From contig MEOD01000014.1 of NCBI GenBank assembly GCA_001768555.1, forward strand, positions 1 to 59,502: 59,502 nt of DNA, in the 5' to 3' direction. The position numbers were made by a program, and so were the translations under genes. The DNA comes from Bacteroidetes bacterium GWF2_29_10. GTDB lineage: Bacteria; Bacteroidota; Bacteroidia; Bacteroidales; GWE2-29-8. This document shows, piece after piece, positions 30,024-40,293 of the stretch (position 1 is the stretch's first letter; every line of letters begins with the position of its first letter). A model generated the notes under the pieces. The model saw nothing but the letters and a program-made list of their open reading frames with translations, did no database searches and had not been told where the DNA came from.

Positions 30024-33000
30024 TTATTTTATAAATTTTCTTTTTATTCTATCAGATATATCATTTTTGTTTATTAATTCAGCTAAATAAACCCCATTGG
30101 CAAGGTATGCTATGTTTTCAACTTCGTTATTAATATTTTGTAATAAAACCAAGTTTCCATTAGAATCATATATTTTTAAAACGTAAGATTTTTCGAAATC
30201 AACAATAACATATATATTATCTTTGCTATAATACATTTGAGGTAAATTGTTGTTTTTAATAATATTATTATTTGTTGACTTACAAAATATAGTTCTTTCA
30301 AAAGTTTTATTGTAATTTTGATCAAACTCTTTTAATCTATAATATGCGTATTTATAAAAACCATCATCAACATAATAATTATTAATCAAATCATTTTGAT
30401 TTGTATTATAGAATTCTTGTAATAATTTATAAGTTAATCCGTCTGAACTTTTTTCTAAACTAAGCATATTTGAATTATTATCAGAAATCAAACTCCAAGT
30501 TATAAGATTACTATTAGATATATTACAATCAAAATTAATAAATTTCAACATAAGAGGAGCTTCAGGCGTATATGGAGTCCATTTAGAAAAGCTGTTAATA
30601 CTATCTATATATATGGTATTAAAAATAGCACTAGCAGAATCAACTTTAACTAATACATAATTAGTATATGGAGGAACAGCTCTATACAAATCTAATTTTG
30701 TTTTCTCCATTGTTGATACTTCATTATCAAAAAATTTATACTGCATAGCCATATTTAAACCCACATTATTTAGAGGACTTATTAAAAAATATCTTAATCC
30801 AGAAGTATCAATAAGATCTCCACCCATTTGGAACTTATGTCCACGTCTGATGTATGTACTATCTGGTAATGTAGTAGATGTTTTTAAAGTCAATCCTAAT
30901 CCCCTAATATTTGAGTATGTTGTATTAAGCCCATTTAATCTAATAAATGTTTCTAAATAACCATCTCCGCCAGAAAAATCGGAAATTTGATTGTAATTTC
31001 TTTCATTAAATATGTAGCCTGTAGAGTCTAATTTTATTATACCATTATTAAGTTTTATATTTCCTTTAGTCATGAATAATGTGTCAATTAAATATATTGA
31101 ATCAATATCCATTGTTAAAGTTTTAGTTGAGTCTGATTTTTTCAAATCAATTTGATGAAAATAAGATGGAGCAAATTTATTTTTTAAAGTACTATTATTT
31201 GAAGAGGAGAATATAAATTTAGATTTAGAATACTTAACCCAACCAGTACCTATTATTAGACTTTTTTGTATATCTGTATATTGATTTCCCATAAAAACAG
31301 TTCCGTTGTTTAATAACATATCACTTGTTATTTTTAAGTTTGGTTGTATATATGTTGTATATTGGGTATCTACATTTTGAATTACTAATGAATCAAATTT
31401 TTCAAAATAAGAAGTTGTAGTAAGAATTAAAATATCATCAATACATAAGCCAGGAGAACATAATGTACCTTCATCGGCCCATTGTCCATCACCTTTAAAT
31501 CCAAATTTTAATGTAATAGGAGCGCCACAATACTTTGTTAAATCTAATGGATATTGCTTTGTCCAGTCAATAGTAGAATGCATATAATTTAATATAGTAT
31601 CACTATTCACCATAACAAATCCATAATCTCCTGTATAAACGCCAGGCTTTGGGGCTGAGCCTCCACACTTCCATTGAAATTCTAAAAAAGCACAAGGATA
31701 GTTTGTTAGATCAATAACTTTTTCTGTTCTACCATTACATACAGGATCCCAAGGGTAATCATACCACCATTTTTGTCCTCCTATAAAATCCATAACACCA
31801 ATATTATAAGTTCCAGAATAAGGCGAACCTCTCATCCATGCCCATTGTAATCTTGCATTATTAGAATAACTTGTATTTTCAAGATGCCAGCCAATTGTGT
31901 CATTTGCATTTTCAAAGTCTGAGAAAAATATAGTATCAGCAGGTGCCTTAAACATAAAATTATCTGATGTTCCATTCATTATAACTTTACTTTGATTTGC
32001 CTCAAGGGTTCCATTATCATTTATAAAGTTTCCTGTGAATTCTAAAATGGAGTTATTTTTCAATCCCAATTTACTATTTTCATCCAAAATAATAGATGAA
32101 GGTAAACTAAGGTAAGTTTGAGCTGTTTTACCAATAATTATGGAATCCATTCCAGTTTTTTCCCAAATAAAGTTATTAGTAACAATAAAAGAGTCCATTT
32201 TAGCAGCATTAAAACCATTAATTCTAAGCTCTCCACTTTTTATTAATTTAAAGTTAAAGAAAGCTAATTTTCCGCTAACATAAACACCTCTCAATACGTT
32301 TGTTCTATATAATATTGTGCTTGAATCAGCGTTAAATGTTCCTCCATTTTTAAAAATATTTGTATTAAAAAATCTATGAATATATCTACCCATATTAACA
32401 ATACCACTATTAATCGTAAGCGAACTAGATACACTTATAGGGGTTAATAAAGAGAGGTTTGCATCACCAGTTTTACTAATTATAAAGTCCCTTAAATCTA
32501 ACCTTGTTAGTTTTGCATAAACCAAAATATTATCAATACACAATCCAGGTTTACGTGTTGTTGGTGCTAGAAACTGCCTAAATCTAATTACATTATTATC
32601 AATATTACAAAATTGAGATATATCAAGATTTCCAGATGATTGCCATGTATTATTATCATTTAAATGGTCCTTCATTATATAATGATTTATAAAAAACGAG
32701 CCATAGTTTCCATCGTTATATCTTGTGTTATTTTTCCAATTAAAACTAATATAAGCAGAGTCATACATTGTCAAATCAAGCGTTGTAAGCATATCTATAT
32801 ATGTTTTATCGCAATTATCACATAAATCATAAGGAACATTATTAAATAAATTATATATTGTTGCAAATTTATCTCCAGAACAAGCAGTATCAGCACCTGC
32901 GCCATCATTATGAACTCTCCATTCCGAATGGTTAGGAACACTTTGTAGAGTCCATTCACTTACGTCCGTTTCAAAATCTTCAGAATATATGGGGACAGAG

Positions 33001-34751
33001 TTATAATAAGTGTTTCTAGCATAAATTTCAGCTGATTTATTTCCTTTAAATTCTACGCTTCCTACAACGGAGTTAGAATTATATCTAATAAAACTTCCAT
33101 ATATTTTTAAAACGTTTGTAGAACTTAAAGTAATTCTTCCATTATTAGTCAAAATTAAAGAATTGCACATAGAATTGGCACAAGAAGATATTATATTTGG
33201 AGCTACTAACCAGTTTGGAGTATTTTGAATAATTACACAAGTATTGCTATCAGGGACACCTATTGGAATCCAATTATTTGGGTTACACCAATCTTTATCC
33301 ACATTTCCTTCAGCAACTGTTCTCCACTGAAAGCATCTATAATTTGCATCAACCCCTGCTGTCCAATATCCAAAAATTTCTTTTGGGTCTGTTCTATTAA
33401 AAGTAATAGTGCGTGCGGTTGTATCTATAATACCATCCAATACCCAAGTGAAGTCATATTTTAATTGAGCCCCAATATAATTAGGGAAAGAGTCTTGATA
33501 TACTTCTTGTTTACTAAACTTAAATTTAAAATCAACGTCTATAGTGTTTATATTTTCATATTCTGTTTTCCAATATTTTTTCAGAGAACATATATCATAA
33601 GAGTGATTTGGTTCATAATCGTTCACACATTTAATGAATAACTGCCCATTACCATTTACAAATGTTATTGAGTTAATATCAACCTCCATAGGTGTATATA
33701 CCGTATCTGTTCCTATAGGAAATAAGATATTTTCAGCCTTATTATATTCTTTTAATATTGTACTTTTTTGAGTAAGAATAATTCTAGACTCTATGTCATC
33801 ATAAGTTATGGTTCCATTAACACCCATAGTAAGCATATTATCATTAAGGTTTAATGTAGTATTTAGGTTTAAATTGTCAAAAACTTTTATATTACTTTCT
33901 GCTATTTTCGCTCCACCTTTTAGCATTAAATTGCCATAATCTATGCCACTTACTGTTTGTACTCCTAATGATTGATATATAACTAAAGAGGTTGTGTCTA
34001 AAACAACTGTTTTAAAACCAGTTGGGAAAGTAATATTTTTATCTATTGTTTCATTTCCTAAAGTCATTACAGCATTTGGCTTTACATATAGCACTGCATT
34101 TGAGTAACCAAATATTTTAGATGTATCAAAAACTAAAGTATCAGAACAAATGACATTAAGCGTATCTAAAATATTTACATCACCCGTAAGAATTTTATTA
34201 CCTGTTCCTTCTAATCGTAACACAGAGTAATCAGCAGGAATAATAGTTTGATTAATATTACCAAGATATCGGACAAATTGGTATCTTGTTTCCATATTGC
34301 TAATTGTGTTCTGATTAATTGCTCCGTATAAATATAAAATATGCTTGTTAGTCCCAGTTAAAGAACTTGCTACATATGATATTTCTCCTGTCCCTGTTAA
34401 ATCACCATAAACAAATAAAGATCTATTATTTCCTACAAATCTTGCGACACCATTATTTACAAGATTTTTACATTTACACTGAGTATTACTGTTTATGGTG
34501 ATAGTGTGAGCAGGTAATATTTCAGCATTTATTGTTGACGCATTTGGAGTTCCAGAACCTCCATTTTGCCAAATTGCACCATTCCATCTTTCCCAACAGT
34601 TTTGATCTGCCCAATTTCCACTTTGACGAGAACGTAAATCACCAACTGATTGAGAAAAAGAATTTAATGAAAAAAATAAAATAATTACAAAAAAAAGAAT
34701 ATTTTCTAAATGTTTTAGATAAAATCTATATTTTTTTTCTTTAATCAACAT
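30024..34751 (-). CDS. Large T9SS-secreted adhesin-like protein (beta-helix repeats, jelly-roll inserts, C-terminal sorting domain)
   Basis: Signal peptide; SRQSGNW...W and W..P.NW...GVP motifs; FPIGT; two (Y/F)S-DFE...W...IDxI domains; C-terminal LANGVYL...KFIK. Confidence 0.75.
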   Translation of the reverse strand: MLIKEKKYRFYLKHLENILFFVIILFFSLNSFSQSVGDLRSRQSGNWADQNCWERWNGAIWQNGGSGTPNASTINAEILPAHTITINSNTQCKCKNLVNNGVARFVGNNRSLFVYGDLTGTGEISYVASSLTGTNKHILYLYGAINQNTISNMETRYQFVRYLGNINQTIIPADYSVLRLEGTGNKILTGDVNILDTLNVICSDTLVFDTSKIFGYSNAVLYVKPNAVMTLGNETIDKNITFPTGFKTVVLDTTSLVIYQSLGVQTVSGIDYGNLMLKGGAKIAESNIKVFDNLNLNTTLNLNDNMLTMGVNGTITYDDIESRIILTQKSTILKEYNKAENILFPIGTDTVYTPMEVDINSITFVNGNGQLFIKCVNDYEPNHSYDICSLKKYWKTEYENINTIDVDFKFKFSKQEVYQDSFPNYIGAQLKYDFTWVLDGIIDTTARTITFNRTDPKEIFGYWTAGVDANYRCFQWRTVAEGNVDKDWCNPNNWIPIGVPDSNTCVIIQNTPNWLVAPNIISSCANSMCNSLILTNNGRITLSSTNVLKIYGSFIRYNSNSVVGSVEFKGNKSAEIYARNTYYNSVPIYSEDFETDVSEWTLQSVPNHSEWRVHNDGAGADTACSGDKFATIYNLFNNVPYDLCDNCDKTYIDMLTTLDLTMYDSAYISFNWKNNTRYNDGNYGSFFINHYIMKDHLNDNNTWQSSGNLDISQFCNIDNNVIRFRQFLAPTTRKPGLCIDNILVYAKLTRLDLRDFIISKTGDANLSLLTPISVSSSLTINSGIVNMGRYIHRFFNTNIFKNGGTFNADSSTILYRTNVLRGVYVSGKLAFFNFKLIKSGELRINGFNAAKMDSFIVTNNFIWEKTGMDSIIIGKTAQTYLSLPSSIILDENSKLGLKNNSILEFTGNFINDNGTLEANQSKVIMNGTSDNFMFKAPADTIFFSDFENANDTIGWHLENTSYSNNARLQWAWMRGSPYSGTYNIGVMDFIGGQKWWYDYPWDPVCNGRTEKVIDLTNYPCAFLEFQWKCGGSAPKPGVYTGDYGFVMVNSDTILNYMHSTIDWTKQYPLDLTKYCGAPITLKFGFKGDGQWADEGTLCSPGLCIDDILILTTTSYFEKFDSLVIQNVDTQYTTYIQPNLKITSDMLLNNGTVFMGNQYTDIQKSLIIGTGWVKYSKSKFIFSSSNNSTLKNKFAPSYFHQIDLKKSDSTKTLTMDIDSIYLIDTLFMTKGNIKLNNGIIKLDSTGYIFNERNYNQISDFSGGDGYLETFIRLNGLNTTYSNIRGLGLTLKTSTTLPDSTYIRRGHKFQMGGDLIDTSGLRYFLISPLNNVGLNMAMQYKFFDNEVSTMEKTKLDLYRAVPPYTNYVLVKVDSASAIFNTIYIDSINSFSKWTPYTPEAPLMLKFINFDCNISNSNLITWSLISDNNSNMLSLEKSSDGLTYKLLQEFYNTNQNDLINNYYVDDGFYKYAYYRLKEFDQNYNKTFERTIFCKSTNNNIIKNNNLPQMYYSKDNIYVIVDFEKSYVLKIYDSNGNLVLLQNINNEVENIAYLANGVYLAELINKNDISDRIKRKFIK

Positions 34752-35048
34752 ATAAAATAATTAACTAATAATTAATTAATAATGTTTACCTCAATATGCA
34801 AAAATAATATTATTTTTTTCATAAAGCAACATTATTTGATTATTTTTTACAAAAATAATCAATTATTTAATAATAAACCTAAATACAAGAATACAAAAAG
34901 AATAATTTTTGCGTTTTCATATTACTTTTAGTATACAATTTTCAAAATTTAAGAAATATCCGTATAAAAAGAATCAAATTAAGTTAGCAAGAAAAAATGA
35001 TATGATAGACGAATTTTTTTTTTTTGACTAACGTTATTTTTTTATAAT

Positions 35049-35056
35049 TACCTTTG
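35049..35056 (+). promoter_or_regulatory. -7 promoter element for the aminotransferase gene
   Basis: TACCTTTG with an upstream TTTG at 35023-35026. Confidence 0.5.
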
Positions 35057-35159
35057 TTTTAAAATGCAGAAAAAATGTTTTATGTACTTTATATATTCCT
35101 TCATAATTAATTATAAATAAAGCTATACTTGTTAATAACAATTTTAAATATTATTAGAA

Positions 35160-36344
35160 ATGATTACTCAACGTGAACTATTTTTTAAACACGTAGCACA
35201 AACGTCAGAAAGTCCACTTACATTAGAAATAGATAGAGCTGAAGGTATTTATTTATACTCAAAAGAAAAAAAATACATTGATTTTATATCTGGGATTTCT
35301 GTTAGTAATGTAGGACATAGACATCCAGATGTTGTAAAAGCAATAAAAGAACAATTAGATAAATATATGCATTTAATTGTGTATGGAGAATACATCCAAT
35401 ATCCTCAAGTTAAATTAGCTCACAAACTTTCAGAATTGTTACCACAATCATTATCTTCTGTTTATTTTGTAAACTCGGGAAGTGAAGCAAATGAAGGAGC
35501 TTTAAAACTTGCCAAACGATTTACAGGGCGTACAGAGATAATCGCATTTATAAATTCTTATCACGGAAGTACACATGGAGCTTTAAGTGTTATGGGAGAT
35601 GAATATTTTAAATCTAATTTCAGACCATTACTACCTAATGTTAATTTTATAAGATATAACCATTTTGATGATTTAAATGTTATAACTAAAAAAACCGCTT
35701 GTGTTATATTTGAACCAATACAAGCAGAAGCTGGCGTTATTGTTCCAAATAATGATTACGTTGTTGCATTGTCAAATAGGTGTAAACAAATGGAGACTTT
35801 GCTTATTTGTGATGAAGTACAAACTGGAATGGGACGCACAGGAAAATTATGGGGATTTGAAAATTATAATATAGTTCCAGATATTATTACTTTAGCCAAA
35901 GGTTTAGGCGGGGGGTTACCTTTAGGAGCATTTATTTCATCAAAAGAAGTAATGGATAGTTTGAAAGACAATCCTTTTCTTGGTCATATAACAACGTTTG
36001 GAGGCAATCCTGTGTGTTGTGCTTCTGCTTTAGCAACTTTAAATATAATTACGCAGCAATCCCTTATAGATAACGTCAATCTTATTTCAGAATTAATATT
36101 AAAAACATTAAAGCACAATAAAATTATCAACTTAAGAGGCAAAGGATTACTTATTGCTGTTGAGTTTGAAACTTCCGAAATATGCAGAAACGTAATAAAA
36201 CATTGTCTTGAAGATGGATTAATTACGGATTGGTTTCTTTTTGCTGACAATTGTATGAGAATAGCACCTCCTTCAATAATAAAAGAACATGAAGCTATGG
36301 AAGCTTGCAAAATTATACTGAAAAATATTGATTCTGCTTTATAA
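35160..36344 (+). CDS. Class III PLP aminotransferase (acetylornithine aminotransferase-like)
   Basis: NSGSEANEGALKLA, YHGST, EPIQAEAG, DEVQTGMGRTG, AKGLGGG and TTFGGNP motifs. Confidence 0.92.
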   Translation: MITQRELFFKHVAQTSESPLTLEIDRAEGIYLYSKEKKYIDFISGISVSNVGHRHPDVVKAIKEQLDKYMHLIVYGEYIQYPQVKLAHKLSELLPQSLSSVYFVNSGSEANEGALKLAKRFTGRTEIIAFINSYHGSTHGALSVMGDEYFKSNFRPLLPNVNFIRYNHFDDLNVITKKTACVIFEPIQAEAGVIVPNNDYVVALSNRCKQMETLLICDEVQTGMGRTGKLWGFENYNIVPDIITLAKGLGGGLPLGAFISSKEVMDSLKDNPFLGHITTFGGNPVCCASALATLNIITQQSLIDNVNLISELILKTLKHNKIINLRGKGLLIAVEFETSEICRNVIKHCLEDGLITDWFLFADNCMRIAPPSIIKEHEAMEACKIILKNIDSAL

Positions 36345-36567
36345 TGTAATACATTAAAAAGCATTAAAAAAAACATAGAAGTTAATAGAATGTTTTTTAG
36401 CAAATAATTATTTGAATATTTAATTTTCTAAAAAAAGACATAAATAAAAAAAGTATCATACTTTTGTATTTTCTAAAAAAGAACTTGAAATTTCAAAAAA
36501 CATAGACATATATTATTTTATTGCTTTTCTAACTATATAATAAAACAAATAAATAATATTATAAATA

Positions 36568-37854
36568 ATGACTACAGCTATCATAATATCAATTTGCTCT
36601 TTATTACTTCTCGGTTATTTATTTGACCTAACTTCAGCAAAAACAAAAATTCCTTCTGTAATACTTCTTTTGCTTTTAGGATGGACTGTTAGGCAATCAG
36701 TTATGTTTTTTCACATCCAATTACCTGACTTTTCTGACATATTACCGCTATTAGGGACTTTAGGGCTTATTCTTATTGTACTTGAGGGCTCTTTGGAACT
36801 TAAAGTTAGTAAATCAAAATTTGGAATAATAAGAAAATCATTTATTGGTGCATTATTACCTATGTTTGCATTAGGTTTTTTATTAGCTTATTTATTCCAT
36901 TATATTGGAGGATATTCTTAAAAAAATAGTTTACTAAATGCAATTCCATTTTGTATAATAAGTAGTGCTATTGCTATTCCTAGTGCAAGAAATCTAACAT
37001 TATACGATAGAGAATTTATAATTTATGAAAGTAGCTTATCTGATATTTTTGGAATATTATTTTTCAACTTTATAGCTTTAAATGAAGTTATTGATTATAA
37101 TGCATTTGGAGAATTTGGATTGCAATTAGTTATTATTATTATAATTTCTTTTGTTTTTACAATAGGTCTTTCTTTTTTATTAAGTTTAATAAAACATCAT
37201 ATTAAGTTTATTCCCATCATTATTCTCGTAATATTAATTTACGCCGTTTCAAAAGCTTTTCATCTCCCTGCTCTTATTTTTATTATTGTATTTGGTCTTT
37301 TTATTGGAAACGTTTCTGATTTAAAACGTTTTAGTTGGACAAAAAAATTTCGAATAGATGAATTAAATAAAGAAGTTATACGATTTAGAGAAATTACAAT
37401 TGAAGCAACATTTTTAGTAAGAGTATTATTTTTTCTTTTATTCGGGTATCTTATTGAAACGTCAGAAGTATTAAATATAGGGACTCTTGCTTGGTCACTT
37501 GGAATTGTTTTTACTATTTTTATATTTCGTTTAATTCAATTAAAATTATCAAAACTGCCTATAAAACCTTTACTTTTTGTTGCTCCAAGAGGTCTTATAA
37601 CAATTCTATTATTTCTTTCTATTGATCAATCTCAATCAATTTCAATTGTTAACAGATCTGTTATTATTCAAGTTATTATTATAACTGCATTTGTTATGAT
37701 GATTGGCCTAATGACAACAAAACAAACAAAAGATAATCCTAATGATATAATTACAGAGCCAAACATTAATATTGATCTTACACCTAATGTTACTTTTGAA
37801 AACATTCATAATAATATTTCTAATGAAATCATTATTGATAATAATGAATTATAG
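36568..37854 (+). pseudogene. Cation:proton antiporter (CPA family) with one in-frame TAA at 36919-36921
   Basis: ORFs 36568 and 37120 are in the same frame; the intervening codons read KNSLLNAIPFCIISSAIAIPS...YESSLSDIFGI, the conserved CPA core; also LGLILIVLEGSLEL and APRGLIT. Confidence 0.75.
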
Positions 37855-37967
37855 AATAATCTTTAAAAGATTTTTGTTTATCTCAAGAAAAGTTATATTA
37901 TTAGGTTTTTATAATATTAAAACTTCAAGTATATTGCATTATATTAAAGGATAAAAATTAAAAAATT

Positions 37968-38071
37968 GAGACCGTTGCAAGGCTAAATTTTGATGAATTA
38001 ATAGCAAAATCTAAAAAATTAGTGAGATTTAATAACGAAATTATTAAATCATACTTTTTTGTAGTGGTCTC
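37968..38071. mobile_element. 104-bp MITE with IS5-family (ISPg1/IS1106-like) ends
   Basis: Left end GAGACCGTTGCAA; right end reverse complement GAGACCACTACAA (10/13 match); flanks AAATT and AGATT; no ORF. Confidence 0.55.
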
Positions 38072-38086
38072 AGATTATTAAATTAA

Positions 38087-38708
38087 CCCAGATTGTCCAT
38101 TAGAGAAACGCCCTAAATATTTTTGAAATTTTCTAAAGGTGTCCATTAGAAAATTTGCAATGTAAATAGTTATAAATTACAATTAATGCTTTAATTTTAA
38201 TTTAATTAATATTTAAAAATTTGTTTTATATAGAAATTAAATTTATGGATGAATATATAACAGCATGGGGTGGTTTAACCATTTTAAAAAAAAACAATCA
38301 ATTTTATCATATTGTGCTATTTTATTTAATATACTGATAATTAAAGCGCAAGATGCTTATTCTTTAAAATAACAAAAAACAAATATGATTTAATTTTGAC
38401 CAGTTAATCATTTGATTATAAGGATGAAATGAGGTTTTGATGTTGATTGAGTGGAGTTAAGAGTGAGGTTAAAGTGCTCTATATGTGCTCTATATGTGCT
38501 CTATATGAACTGTATATGTGCTTTATATGTGCTCTATATCAAAAATTGATTTTGATTAAATCAAAAAGAGTTATTTGCTCATTTTATTTAAAATATATTA
38601 TTAACCAAAAAGAAAAACTTACTTTTTTATTGATTATAAAAATTAGAATTTACCAATAATTTAGAACAAGCAAATTGATATTAAAAAAATTTTAATGGAC
38701 AATTTGGG
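38087..38708 (+). mobile_element. Internally deleted IS1380-family remnant (622 bp)
   Basis: 18-bp terminal inverted repeats CCCAGATTGTCCATTAGA and CCCAAATTGTCCATTAAA (16/18); fragment IEIKFMDEYITAWGGLTILKK at about 38230-38292 resembles the IS1380 transposase N-terminus. Confidence 0.65.
38474..38539. repeat. 11-bp tandem repeat x6 (GTGCTCTATAT)
   Basis: Units at 38474, 38485, 38496, 38507 (variant), 38518 (variant) and 38529. Confidence 0.9.
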
Positions 38709-38772
38709 TTTATTTTTTATCAATGTTGTTCTGTAAAAGAATATAGATGTTTGGATATTGTCGTTTGTTTAT

Positions 38773-40248
38773 TTATTTTTTAATAAACTTAGTGAAGTTA
38801 TTATCTGTTTTTATGAAATATACTCCTTTGTCAAGATTATTTATGTTTACTTCAAATTTATTGTTATTTGTTTTTACTTGTTCAGAATATATTTCTTTTC
38901 CTAAAACATTATATATTGTATATGTTTGAGAAGAGTTTTTACTATTTATTTCTATTGTTATATTTTTTGTTGCAGGATTTGGAAACACTTTAAGGCTGTT
39001 ATTATTAGATATTTCTTCTAATATTACTAATGGAACACCAACTTGTTTAGATATATAATGCAGAGTTATAAGTTCTGCCCAGTTGGATATATTGTCATTT
39101 TTGTTATCATAATAGCAAACGAGATTTCCAGAACTTTTTTGCCACTGAGAGTTAATCCACATTTCAGCGCTTCCTGTTAAACAATTATTATTATCATCAA
39201 AAGTGTATGTGTATCTGTCATAATTTTGCCATATAGAGTCTTCGAAAAGTTCAGACATTTCAATTGTTTGATTGTTTTTATCATCATAAGAGAACGTCAG
39301 TCTGTAATAATTGGTCCAAGAAGAGTCTTTAAATGTTTCAAAAAGAGAGCTTATTATGTTATTGTTCATATCATAAGTAGAAGTGCCCCTGTTTTTAGTT
39401 TTCCAATTAGAGTTCACCCAGGATTCCGAAAATGTTATTGTTTTATTATTTATAGTATCGTAATCATATGTTATTCTTGATGAGTTAACCCAAATTGAAT
39501 CTGTCCAATTTTCATAAAGTTCATTTGTTATTTTGTTTTCCTCATTGTAAATGCATGATAATTTTTTGTAATATTTCCAGACAGAATTAGTCCAAATTTC
39601 AGAAGTAGTAGATGTTTTGTTATTATTTAAATCATATGTAATTGTATATTTGCTTTTATTAAGCCAAGCTCCATCAATCCATGTTGCCGAAATTAAACAA
39701 GTTTGATTATTATTAGTGTCATAAGTGTATGTACTTTTATTTTTATTAACCCATACAGAGTCTAAATATAATTCAAAAATGTATTCAGTTTTGTTGTCAT
39801 TGGTATCATAAGTGTATGTTGCTCTGGAGAAATATAGCCAAGAGGAATTGTCCCATATTTTACTTGTTATGCTTGTTCTATTTCCTTTATTATCGTAGAT
39901 ACATGTATCTTTATAGTCATCAACCCAAGATGAATTATGCCATACTTGGATAAGTTCATTTGTTAAATTGCTATTATCATTATAGTTTCTAATATATTTT
40001 ACAGTATCGTTATCGGTATATTGAACAATTGTGTCGGGGAGATATTTTGTAATGAGCTCTTTTTCTTTTTTTAATTGTTTGTTAGTATGTAATTTTTGCT
40101 TAATATTTAATATAGTATTTTCAGGTTGTTCCATTTCATTTTCAATTGATTGAAATAAGATGGAATCTTTCATTAGCTTATTTTGACCTTTTACAGTGAT
40201 AATAAAACTCATTACAAGCATTATGATAAGGATTCTTTTCATATTCAT
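38773..40248 (-). CDS. T9SS-secreted protein with ~28-aa Trp/Tyr-rich repeats (DUF3836-like)
   Basis: Signal peptide; repeated YTYD.NNN...W.N..W units; C-terminal domain VFPNPA...KGVYFIK...KFIKK. Confidence 0.85.
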   Translation of the reverse strand: MNMKRILIIMLVMSFIITVKGQNKLMKDSILFQSIENEMEQPENTILNIKQKLHTNKQLKKEKELITKYLPDTIVQYTDNDTVKYIRNYNDNSNLTNELIQVWHNSSWVDDYKDTCIYDNKGNRTSITSKIWDNSSWLYFSRATYTYDTNDNKTEYIFELYLDSVWVNKNKSTYTYDTNNNQTCLISATWIDGAWLNKSKYTITYDLNNNKTSTTSEIWTNSVWKYYKKLSCIYNEENKITNELYENWTDSIWVNSSRITYDYDTINNKTITFSESWVNSNWKTKNRGTSTYDMNNNIISSLFETFKDSSWTNYYRLTFSYDDKNNQTIEMSELFEDSIWQNYDRYTYTFDDNNNCLTGSAEMWINSQWQKSSGNLVCYYDNKNDNISNWAELITLHYISKQVGVPLVILEEISNNNSLKVFPNPATKNITIEINSKNSSQTYTIYNVLGKEIYSEQVKTNNNKFEVNINNLDKGVYFIKTDNNFTKFIKK

Positions 40249-40293
40249 TATTATTTTAGAGCATTAATACTTGCAAATATATATTAATATTTT

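Noticed and set aside
37120-37854. Independent 244-aa membrane protein
   Set aside because: It is the in-frame continuation of the antiporter starting at 36568.
38447-38659. 70-aa ORF
   Set aside because: It spans the 11-bp repeat inside the IS remnant and has no recognisable motif.
38773-40248. Rhs/YD toxin
   Set aside because: No PxxxxDPxG core end, toxin tip or immunity gene; it ends in a T9SS sorting domain.
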